Shown here piece by piece: positions 1-10,477 of a DNA stretch of 64,000 nt. The DNA is taken from contig CBDBCZ010000011.1 in NCBI GenBank assembly GCA_965203295.1, forward strand, positions 128,001 through 192,000, written 5' to 3'. The stretch is from Nitrospirales bacterium. GTDB taxonomy: Bacteria; Nitrospirota; Nitrospiria; Nitrospirales; UBA8639. The position numbers and the translations under genes were made by a program. Under the pieces are notes generated by a model. That model was not told where the DNA came from. It searched no databases and saw only the letters and a list, made by a program, of their open reading frames with translations. Position 1 is the first letter of the stretch. The number at the start of each line of letters is the position of its first letter.

Positions 1-595
1 CTGATTTTTAGCCAGTGGCTTCAGGCAAAGTCACACTTGAAGATCTTCTCTTGTATCAACAGTCGCTACGTCAAACCCTTCCTGGATGCCTACCATGCAC
101 CCTACACAAACAAACACCGCTACTGGACTGGAATGATGCTTCTACTTCGTTTTGTTCTGTTTCTCATCTCTGCTGTCAATGCTCTAGGAGATCCCAATGT
201 CAACCTACTAGCTATTGCGACTGTTGCAATACTAATACCTCCTACCATCCTTGGCTCTTGAAACGTCATTCATCCTCAACCTGGCTACCCTTGCTACAGC
301 CACTTTATACACTCAACTCAGTGGAGGCAACCAGAATGCTGTTACATTCACCTCAGTTGGCATAGCCTTTGCAACGTTCACAGGGATTGTCATCTACCAC
401 TCTGTTCAGCAACTCAAAGGCACCAGGCTGTGGAGGAGATTGTGCTTGAGGCATGATTATGTGAGAGTCCCCCTGACTGATGTGGCCTCAGGGCCCGAGG
501 ACCCACCAGACTGTGTGTTCATGTCAGGGTCTGCCCCAACCCAGACTGTGGTTGATGTGCGTGAGTTACGAGAACCATGCATGGCAACAGACTGA
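1..595 (+). pseudogene. 3' end of a sponge-type multi-pass membrane protein gene, frameshifted at ~255
   Basis: Frame +1 (1-261) reads KPFLDAYHAPYTNKHRYWTGMMLLLRFVLFLISAVNALGDPNVNLLAI; frame +2 (251-595) continues LETSFILNLATLATATLYTQLSGGNQNAVTFTSVGIAFATFTGIVIYH...ELREPCM*. I recognise these motifs from the expanded sponge family often auto-annotated as pmp-like. No intron signal at the frame change. Confidence 0.7.
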
Positions 596-741
596 TCATT
601 AAAGAAAGAGCAATATTGTGGTCATTTTTTAACATTACACTGCAATTGTCGAATGATAGCCAATATAAACTTTCTTTTTCATGATTTTCAATTGTTCTTA
701 CATTCAATGTACCACATGCATTCCTATATTCACATATTTAA

Positions 742-880
742 CTCTTTGAATGCCATGGGCACATTTATGTGCCCATATAAAATAGAAAAAACATGTACTT
801 TATATTAACGCCTAATATAAAAAGGCCTATATAAATTCACATTAGCCTTATGGATGTATTAAAACTTGGCTGGAAAAGAG
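742..880. mobile_element. piggyBac-like MITE (TTAA TSD)
   Basis: TTAA at 738-741 and 881-884; ends CTCTTT...AAAGAG; internal hairpin atgggcacat-tt-atgtgcccat; interior resembles the reverse complement of 11573-11715. Confidence 0.6.
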
Positions 881-1844
881 TTAATTTTAGAGTGACAGGC
901 AAGTTTGACAACTTATGAGTATTATAATTATAGTAGCATCCATTGCTACTTTCTGATAGATGTAGACACATCAAAATTTATTAACTTTTTGACAGTTTTT
1001 GGCATTAAAATCTGATTATTGATAATGAATTTTAAACTCAGTGGAGCTCAAATTTATAGCCGTATCATTCTACAGCTAGCACTCATAGAAGGAAACTTTC
1101 ACACAACTCATACTATTATGCCTATATAATACCACTGTAAATACAGTAAAGCCTTAGTATATGTTAGCACTGTAATAAAGTATAGCATTTTCTCCATATT
1201 ATAGTGATGCCCTGTATATGAAAGAATGTCATTGAACATAGGCATGCATCTCTATGTTCTAAAAAATCTGCTCTGTCTTGGTATACGCAGCTAAAACACA
1301 TATAAAATATAGTTTATTTAATTACATTCCTGAAGCTAGACTCCATTTTTTGGCGGATGTGGGCTGGCTTGCAAGAGACTACTGTTAATTATGTAGGAGT
1401 AGCCAAGGAAGAAAGTTTGAAACTCAATCTTAAAGCGCAGCCTACAAACGGGTATAGTACTTTTCTGGGCAATGTTAGTAGTTGCAGCCTTGGATAACTA
1501 AATCATGGGCAAAATATTTGGCTTAGCCTTGTTTATACTCAAGCAATGTCACATTCAGATGGCATAAATAAGCCGTGATAGGATTTAGCTTCAAGTGTGT
1601 ACTCGCTTGAATATCCCAGTACTGTATAGGCCCAGTCTTATAAACATGGTTTCTCACTGGTTGATTCATGTGGTACTTATATTAACGTATTCTGAGTAAC
1701 TACAATATTAGAATGTGTGTCAAGCAATTACTACTAGTGCATGGTTAATCAATTGCATTGATAAGTTTCATAGTAAGTTACCCCATGCATGCTGCAATGA
1801 TTACCATGTTCTTTTTGTAAGGAAATAGAACTTAAGAACTAATT

Positions 1845-2320
1845 GCAGGGGGTTGGGGATCCAGAAACACATTTGCTGTTTAAGTTTAGGTTGGGTACTA
1901 ATGGTCTGAATGAAGAGTTAGGAAGTATAGGGCTAAAAATGATGATAGGCAGTGTAATTGAATTTGAGAGTGTAGTACATGTGCTGTGCATGGGAGTGTC
2001 CTCTATATGATAGCATTAGAAATATACTTTCATGGCAGAATTAGACAATATGTTTGGGGGAGAGTTCAGTACACTCAATAATTTATAGAGAATTTTATTT
2101 TAGGGTGTGAGAATTTGGACAGGTATAGGATGAAGGCTTTATTAAGACTACTTGAGAGTTTTCTATTATTTATCTGGGATGCTACTAAGAATAAATTATA
2201 TGGTGATCAGGATGGTCCGGTTGCTCTTGATCTTGCCCTCTGACTGGAAATCTTACAAGGTTTTCCTGCGTATGTGGGTGCATGGTCAATGGCGTAAGCG
2301 CTATGGCAGCAAAATGAGTA
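1845..2320 (+). mobile_element. Degraded non-LTR retrotransposon 3' fragment
   Basis: Broken reading GVGDPETHLLFKFRLGTNGLNEELG...QC...ESVVHVL.WECPLYDSIRN resembles the C-terminal CCHC region of a LINE ORF2; several frameshifts. Confidence 0.6.
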
Positions 2321-4500
2321 TATCGTTGTTAATGACGGTGCTCTACAGACGTGGTGCACTGTAAATGAAGTCAAACTAGCTACCACACAAGTAAAGGCCC
2401 AGCACTAGGATACACAAACTGAAATGAAAACTGTGCCATGGCCAGTGCATAAAAGCTATATATTGTGCAGAAGCTACTGAGATAAGCTATAGTCTTAGAA
2501 TACATATTAAACTATGTCCGATTCAAGCAAACAGTTTAGCTGGCAGAGGCTTCTACTTGCTATTAAGTATTTGAAGTTTCTTCTTTGAGATTCAAAGTAT
2601 CACACAGACTCCTTCTACTGGGCCATCTTCTCTATCGGCAGGTAGCAAGGGGAGTTGTGGCAGCGATTTACAGTCGCTCTTCGGTTGGGGACCAGGCAGG
2701 AAGACGTAGTTTTTAGGAGAAGCAAACTCACTTTCCGGCAACTCATGACCCACGATGCGATTTGCCCGGGGCTTTCCCGACTGCTCTGGTTCAGTCGGGC
2801 GGAGATAGATGCGCTTGTTTTCAGAAACCTCAGTATATATTGCAAAGTAGTCTGCCACATTTGGTAGAGGGGCGCTCTCTTTGAACACTAAGTTGGGCGC
2901 CGGAGTATCCTGCATGTATGTGGTTTAGGAAGGCAGAATATAAAGCATGTCTATTGCATGTGGCACCACACAAAGCATATTATTACATGTAACACGTTCT
3001 ATTTTCAAAAATAATAAAAATTGGTATAGGTAGTATAGAGTTGTTAGAAGATTCAGAAAGCACCACCAATCTGTTAGTCTGTCAAGAAAGACTAAGTCTG
3101 CATTAATGAATGCGACAATGCTGCGACAATGTATCAATATATCTACTGTAACACATCTATTGACCAATCAGATCAATGGATGCGATAATGTATCCATTTA
3201 GAGGTGTAGATAACGTATACTATATGTGTAGGTTTTGGAGCTATGTCAAATTATCACATTTTCCAGTATAATAGTGGGGAATCGTCAGTGCATGGGGATC
3301 CCCTAAGCCTGCTCTGCTAAAACAATTACCTTTTCTTTCCTATGGCTTCAAATTCCTGGAGTAACTTGCTAGGTGCTTCACCAAATACCATAAACAATTA
3401 CACTGCATTCACTGCCCCATGCTTCCTGCAGTGAGGTATGCAGGCTTGCTTAACTTCAAGGGTACGTAGTGGCCCTGAATTTCGCAGTATTAGAGATCTA
3501 TAGGTGTGTACTGTAACAGTAATTCAAAAGGTAGCTAGCGCTTTGTATCAGTATAGTGGTGTATTTTCATTGGGGAGAGTGTGTCATGGTATCCACTGTC
3601 CCCAATGATAAAATGATAGCTATACGAGGCAAGTACCACTGCTGCAGTGCTGATGTATTGGCCCCTGAGCAAGGGCCATGCAGTGCAATTGTGACTCTGT
3701 GGGCATGCATTGGTGCACGTGAGCTTGTGTGTGTTTGCATGTGCACATCAAAGTGCCGATATCGCATATGAAAGAGCCGCTATCCACATCAAAGTGACAC
3801 ACCCCTCCTGTTGATTCCGGTTGCCGCCGCATGGGAAAATGCAAACATATCAATGAATCTATTTAGCGCCACGTGAGTGATGTCATCTCATTAATTATTC
3901 ATGAGGAGAATCACGCGGATTCGAAGGTGAGGCTCTTCCTACCTTAAAGTCAGCCCCCAATTTTTCTTCTTATAGCTACATTGCATTGTCAAAACTATAA
4001 CCATGTACGAAACAATTAAAACAACCGTATCTTTTTTGCAGGATATTTAAAAAACTCTCCGCTAGCCCATATTTAGGAAGTTAACTCATTCCAAGTCTCC
4101 CGCTTTATTTGGTTGCATGAAATAAGCAACTGAAAATGGCAAGAACAAGGCTATATAACTTGCCAAAGGGTATATATGTCAAGCAGATTAAAGCCATTGT
4201 TCCTTCATAATAATCCAAACCTCCATAATAATGAACGGCTGAGAACCAGAGTGGTCTAACCTAAAATCAAGAATACACGTGCACAGTGGATTTTCAAAGT
4301 ATTGGGCATAAGCTCATATATGCACATTTATTACTTTTTTCTGCAAATCCTAAAATTGTAAGCAGCTTCTGAAATATGTTTTAAGAGTTTTCTCAAGTTT
4401 GGGAGGGGTCAGTTAAAATTGTGGGCTATACCACTCTGGTTCTCTTGCAGCCCTTCATATATAGGCCAGCATATACATAAATTAATTTATTGGTACCTAT

Positions 4501-4724
4501 AAAATGCAAGGTAATAGTGATCAGCATCCTGGTTTGAATTCTTCTCATGCAGTGTTTAGGTAGGCCATACTTCCAAAATGATTTATCAAACAAGCTATAT
4601 AGGGATAACTTATCTCAGTTGCAACTGCAATACCGAACTATGCAGTGTTTACTGCATGCAGGAAGCCGATATCAATGGGACTTACATGTACAAGAGCTCA
4701 GCATGCATGCACTTCTATATATGA
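4501..4724 (+). pseudogene. Possible relic of a second secreted Cys-rich peptide gene (copy A; copy B at ~18056-18279)
   Basis: Hydrophobic leader KVIVISILV(G/*)ILLMQCLG, candidate phase-1 intron 4560-4602, then ITYLSCNCNTELCSVYCMQEADINGTYMYKSSACMHFYI*. ATG is out of frame; TGA in the copy A leader; GC instead of GT donor in copy B. Confidence 0.35.
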
Positions 4725-4944
4725 TCATTCCAACAATTCAGATACTCCACCAAATACTGTAAACAATTCATTTTGAGCTTCCATTGACATTGGCTTCCTG
4801 CAGTATTAGTAAACACAGCATAGTTTGGTGGCTATATAGCTATACTCATGTTCAGATGTGCAAAGATCTTGCACATGCAGGTACTCCATGCAGGTTTAAA
4901 TTACGCTTCATTTTAACATGAAAATGCATGTAATACAAAACTAA

Positions 4945-5463
4945 ACTAGAAGTCTCTAGCAGAGACATACCCCGCGGTGCATAATTCACAACTTGGACCT
5001 GGCAGGACTGCAGACTGGGTTGATGGAGTAGTTGGCAAAGTGTATATCGCTGGCTGTGTCGGGCTGTGTATCCGCACGCAGAGTGTACAGCGCTCGTGTA
5101 TGCGTATCTGTGGGCGTGACTGATTGCCAATATGAACGCGTGACCAGAGTCTGTATATTCCCGGCCTCTATCGTATTCTAGTTGTGACCGTATTAAAATG
5201 GCAGAATGTACCGTTGTTAAATAAGAAAGAGCTGCTGATGCAGCGAATGGAACCGCTTTGGCAATTATCAGGTACACACCCGGACATTTTTTTTTGATTT
5301 CAATGTTACTGTCGTGTTTAGCAATCACTTAACCCGGTAAAGCGCGAGAAAACCCCATTTTTGAGGCGACAGACAGACAACAGAAAGACAGACAGACAGA
5401 TAGACAGACAGACAGACAGAACCGATTGCTTAACCCCGCCGCCGCCTACGCGCCGCGGGGTAA
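4945..5463 (-). mobile_element. Non-autonomous Helentron-like element (HINE/DINE-1-like), family A
   Basis: On the minus strand: 5' TTTACCCCGCGG, (CTGT)n microsatellite, subterminal CCGCGGGGTA, 3' hairpin GTCTCT-GCT-AGAGAC then TTCTAGT. Absent from copy B (empty site caaaactaaaatattgc at ~18491-18507), no TSD. Confidence 0.8.
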
Positions 5464-6148
5464 ATATTGCATTGTACTGCTGAAGTTGTACACTTTCCCT
5501 ACTTACTTCTTCTAAATGCCAAAATTAGTATAGCATTTCACAATACATATTAATCACACCGATGGTTATACCATAGATATATATATGTTTGGTTAGCTAT
5601 GCACTTCAATCTGTGCTTTCATTCTAACAGACATGTAGCCCTATCCTCGGCCTAAAGCACTTCCGGCCTGCCAGACCTGGTCACCAATAATAGTCACTTG
5701 GCGCTGCGAGCCTATATACTAGGGGATGCTTTGTTTGCATACAGAAGCTTTTATATGAGTGCCGCTTTGGGTGGTTCATGCATGCACTCTTGCATGGTGG
5801 ACATTACGTTATTACTTATGCTTCTCAGGCATGTATAGTGGAAAACATGATTCAGAACCCACAACAAAGGGTCTACTTGAACAGTCAGCCTATACAACTT
5901 CTTTTGGAGTTGTTATAGGGATAATTATATATGCTGGCACCCAGATTATTCTTACTTGTGTATGTACCTCCCCATGCACAGTGAATTAGGGTCTCATAGC
6001 TACCAACCTAACATACACCTGCAGTAAAGCACACAACACAACTATTAGTTTCATAGCTATTAGCTCACAGCAAAAAAAAATAACAAGTTTTGACTGCTTA
6101 GTGGTTGCTCTAAGTTTCAAATGTTCGAGCATGTTTGAGTCAGCCCAC

Positions 6149-6367
6149 ACACAGCCAAAAAAGTGGAATTTCCTGAAATGCGTTACATGGAACTTGACAG
6201 GAAATCTGGCATTTCAGGTATAGGGTAGTATAAATAGGGCAAAATTTCCTTTGAAATTATGAAATTCTGCCCTATCCTATACTACCCTATACCTAAAATA
6301 TGCCAGACTTCCTGACAGATTTCCTTGTAACGTATTTCAGGAAATTTCATTTTAATTTTTTGCTGTG
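6149..6367. mobile_element. Palindromic MITE with CACAG...CTGTG ends (CMC/EnSpm-like); also at ~20146-20364
   Basis: Long imperfect inverted arms (aatttcctgaaatgcgttaca / tgtaacgtatttcaggaaatt; aggtatagggtagtata / tatactaccctatacct). Confidence 0.6.
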
Positions 6368-6854
6368 CCACTATAATAGTTTTCAATTATATAGCTATAC
6401 ATTTCATGTAACTACACACTCATTTGTTGTGAAAATTTACAAATCTGAGTAGGAAGCAGAAACTAACCACCAAGCACATGAAACAACTGAGATGATCAAT
6501 CAGTGTATGTTTAGAACAATCTTACAACATGCATGAGATGTAATAGTGACGGTCATAGCTACACCATGATTATGCCCATGCATGATTCCTTGCAGTGATG
6601 GCTCTTGTCAGTACAGGTTGGCACAGAACCAAAAGGTAGCACGTCATTGTTAAATCATGGTGGTTTACGTATACTTGTTTCAACAAACAGATGAAGCTCC
6701 AAACTGCAATGTTTGACTACACTTTCTATAACTTGGAAATGTAGCCAAACAATGAAGTTCTACCGTATGACATAAATGTCCAATTAACCTTATGAGTGTT
6801 GTTAATGTTATAAGCATGCATGTGTATATACATTTCTAATGTAGTTACTGCACA

Positions 6855-8145
6855 AGGCAAACTAAGTCTATACATGTTATGCCCTATCATGTCTTCTAGG
6901 GAAAGCCGTTTGAGAAAAGTAGTATATGTGGCAGTGGCATACATTACAAAGCTTAAAGGGTTGGAAGCTAGATAAGACCTATGTACAATTGAGTTTACCT
7001 GCATGTGAGGCACCAGCACCAGTTAATATGTAGGGGGTTACCGGGATTAAACCACCACCCACGTGCACTGAAGCACTTTTTGTATGCAGGCAAACTAAGT
7101 CTGTACATGTTATGCCCTGGCATGTCTTTTAGGGAAAGCCCCAAATTTGTAGTGTTGATAAAAGTAGTATATGGCATTGCACATGTCTTCACTCCATACA
7201 TTACAAAGCTTAAAGGGTTGGAAGCTAGATAAGACCTATGTACAATTGAGTTTACGTACCTGCATGTGATTGGTACCAGCACCAGTAAATATGTAGGGGG
7301 TTACCGGGATTACAAACACCACCCACGTGCACTGAAGCACTCTTTGTATGCAGGCAAACTAAGTCTGTACATGCATGTTATGCCCTGTCATGTCTTCTAT
7401 AGAAGGGCTTTCCCTATAGGGAAAGCCCTTTGTAGTGTTGATAAAAGTAGTATATGGCATTGCACATGTCTTCAATCCATACATTATACAAAGCTTAAAG
7501 GGTTGGAAGCTAGATAAGACCTATGTACAATTGAGTTTACCTGCATGTGATTGGTACCAGCACCAGTAAATATGTAGGGGTTACCGGGATTACAAACACC
7601 ACCCACGTGCACTGAAGCACTTTTTGTATGCAAACAAACTATGTCTGTACATGTTATGCCCTATCATGTCTTCTAGGGAAAGCCCTTTGTAGTGTTGATA
7701 AAAGTAGTATATGGCATTGCACATGTCTTCATGCACTCCCTACATTACAAAGCTTAAAGGGTTGGAAGCTAGATAAGACCTATGTACAATTGAGTTTACC
7801 CGCATGTGATTGGTACCAGCACCAGTAAATATGTAGGGGGTTACCGGCGGGATTACAAACACCACCCACGTGCACTGAAGCACTTTTTGTATGCAAACAA
7901 ACTAAGTCTGTACATGTTATGCCCTATCATGTCTTCTAGGGAAAGCCCTTTGTAGTGTTGATAAAAGTAGTATATGGCATTGCACATGTCTTCACTCCAT
8001 ACATTACAAAGCTTAAAGGGTTGGAAGCTAGATAAGACCTATGTACCTGCATGTGATTGGCACCAGCACCAGTAAAATATGTATAGGGGGTTACCGGGAT
8101 TACAAACACCACCCACGTGCACTGAAGCACTTTTTGTATGCAGTT
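6855..8145 (+). repeat. Tandem array, ~255-285-bp unit, 5 units
   Basis: Marker gggttggaagctagataagacc at ~6958, 7215, 7500, 7759, 8018. Confidence 0.95.
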
Positions 8146-8249
8146 ATACATAAGAAACCTCAAAAGCCCCATGTCTGGTTTGGGTCCAAACCACAATACA
8201 AACAAAATTAATAATTGAAACTGTCAATTAAACAAAGAGCTTGGGTGGG

Positions 8250-8257
8250 TATATAAA
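8250..8257 (+). promoter_or_regulatory. TATA box of Cys-rich peptide gene A
   Basis: TATATAAA about 100 bp upstream of ATG 8349; conserved in copy B at 23333-23340. Confidence 0.6.
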
Positions 8258-8348
8258 GCAGGAGAAACTTCTATAAAGCTAGCTATATGCCAGCCTCAAA
8301 AGAAGGACATCACTCATCTGTTCAGTCTCCAGAAGATCAACGGCAGAG

Positions 8349-8743
8349 ATGCAAGCAAAAATCCTGCTAGCAATTGGTGTCCTGGTTGGAGTCCTCCTTG
8401 GTGCCCAGGCAGCCCTGCCGGTGAGCTTAATATACTCAACACCCCCCCCCCCCCCCCCCCCAAATAGAATGCATGGGCTGATGTTCTTACGTAGCATGAA
8501 TTAGTAATAAAATATTGTGCAGTGCTAGCCGGTTACTGCATGCATGCACCCATTCTCTCCATACAGCCCAACGGATGTCTTTGCCCACAGGCGTGTTCAG
8601 GGCAAATTGATTTATTAAATAAATGGATCTGGTGCGTTTGTGACGGAGGTGTCTTATCACGTCCACACCACTGCTATTGCCCCACTGGATACAACCTGGT
8701 CTGTGATGACCCCAAGTGCAGGTGTATAGACTCACCTCACTGA
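8349..8743 (+). CDS. Small secreted cysteine-rich peptide, copy A (82 aa, 2 exons)
   Basis: Exon 8349-8420 MQAKILLAIGVLVGVLLGAQAALP (signal peptide-like), phase-0 intron gtgagc...ctccatacag, exon 8567-8743 PNGCLCPQACSGQIDLLNKWIWCVCDGGVLSRPHHCYCPTGYNLVCDDPKCRCIDSPH*; 10 Cys. Confidence 0.85.
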
Positions 8744-9251
8744 AACAGATCCAGACCCTGTGGCTGACTAAGAAGTGCTATGATATACTGTTAAGTATAT
8801 AGATGAGTGACTATAATTAACCAAATGCAATTTACTTTATTATGTAGTATTAGAAATAGCCCTGTTTTATGGTGTTTCATCTGTTAGCTACTACTGTTTA
8901 GTGTTTATTCTGACTCATATAGTATAGAAGGTAAACAAAATATTTTTGGAAAGCAACAATTATTGAAGTTACCATAAATATTCACTTTTCATTAAAAATT
9001 GTTTTTCTGAAAAGAAAAGTACTCATAGGTATTGCTGGTGTAAGTTGTAAATCCCAAGTCAGAGCCTCAGAGGACACAAACAAGAGCAGCTAGAGATTGT
9101 ATTATCCTGATTGCCATATAAATTCTTCATCCTTGAACCCTTCAAACCAGGAGCCCATAAAACAAGCATGCTACGTATATACAACATTATTTAGAGCAGA
9201 GTATTCCCAAAGCCATGTACTACATTTGCTCTGCCTGTCAACACTAACCGA

Positions 9252-9995
9252 TTAGTAGGTGTGGCTAGCAAGCATTCTAATACAGGGTCAAGTCTTGCTT
9301 TCAAAGTATCAAATTGGCTACAATTTCTGGCCTTATGGAGCCAAAATGGGAGATATTCAAGGTAATCCTTGCTAGTATGAATCAGACCATGCCCAATAGT
9401 CAGGAAACATGATTTGTCAGGGGATCAAAGGTGTTAGTAGGTGTGGCTAGCAAGCATTCTAATACAGGTCAAGTCTTGCTTTCAAAGTATCAAATTGGCT
9501 ACAATTTGTGGCCTTATTGAGCCATAATGGGAGATATTCAGGACAAACCTTGCTAGTATGAATCAGATCATGCCCAATAGTCAGGAAACAGTTTTGAAAA
9601 TCACATAGACTGAGGCTTTAGTGTTGACGAGGCAGCAAATGCTCCTATTGTCCTTATTATTCAAGGTAGAAGCAATCTATCCTCTTAGAGCATCAGGCTC
9701 AGACATTATGATGGTTAATCTTGCTAATGTGACTCAGACCATCCCAAATAGTCAGGAAATATGATTGGTCAGGGGATGGAAGGTGTTAGTAGGTGTGGCT
9801 AGCAAGCATTCTAATACACGGCCAAGTCTTAAGTACCAAATCAGCTACAATTCCTGGCCTTATGGAGCCATAATGGGAGATATTCAGGAAAAATCTTGCT
9901 ACTATGAATAAGACCATGCCCAATAGTCAGGAAGAGTTTTGGAAATCAAATTCAGGATTTAGAATTGACAAGGCAGCAAAAGCTACCCTTTGTTC
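9252..9995 (+). repeat. Degenerate tandem repeat (~180/350-bp units, 3 copies)
   Basis: ttagtaggtgtggctagcaagcattctaatac at ~9252, 9434, 9786; gcccaatagtcaggaa also recurs. Confidence 0.8.
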
Positions 9996-10477
9996 CAAAG
10001 CAGAAGCAATCTATATATAGCCCCTTAGCGCTCCGGGTTCGGAAGGTGAATCTTGCTACTGTAGTTCAGACAGGTTGCCAGTGACTTATGATCCTAGATA
10101 ATTTCTACTGTCTCTTTCTGCGTTAATGTTTCTACAGACAAACTTATGGGAGCATACTTTATATCCCGGTATCTAGATCTATGATAGTCTTCCATATTAT
10201 TACGAACTTCATAAACACAACGGGCTCACCGAATATAATAGTGTTGACCAAGTCTTCTACCCATGCTCTGATGCGCTGCTGGCTCTGCGAGATTCCGTAT
10301 TGGTGGTGCCTCGGGTGCACATGGTGCCGCGACGTGACTCGAACTCGTGCATTACCGAGGGTAATTACCATAGGGCGTGGCCTATCGGCACTGTACACGT
10401 GCTTTCTGTAGGGCATGGCCGATCATACGCGCATATCGCATGCGCACGATCGACATTCGAGGTGTCAGAAGTTATAT

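Larger units (their letters stand above)
4153..9250 (+). repeat. Segmental duplication, copy A
   Basis: Near-identical to 17708-24346 from atataacttgccaaaggg to ctgcctgtcaacactaac, apart from TE, VNTR and other indels. Confidence 0.95.

Noticed and set aside
2592..3700. Possible minus-strand gene (107-aa ORF with an acceptor near 2910)
   Set aside because: The candidate upstream exon (~3330-3430) has stops in all frames and no recognisable domain; insufficient support.
4852..5328. 158-aa ORF (and 30533-30898)
   Set aside because: Lies inside non-autonomous Helentron-like copies; the frame is not conserved between copies.
6855..8145. Tandem array as a CRISPR or a coding repeat
   Set aside because: Whole units repeat with no unique spacers, unit indels are not multiples of three, and the context is eukaryotic.
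8522..8566. ORF-track start for the peptide and an alternative acceptor at 8522
   Set aside because: Splicing to 8523 gives TGC TAG (immediate stop); the pyrimidine-rich acceptor at 8566 keeps the frame.
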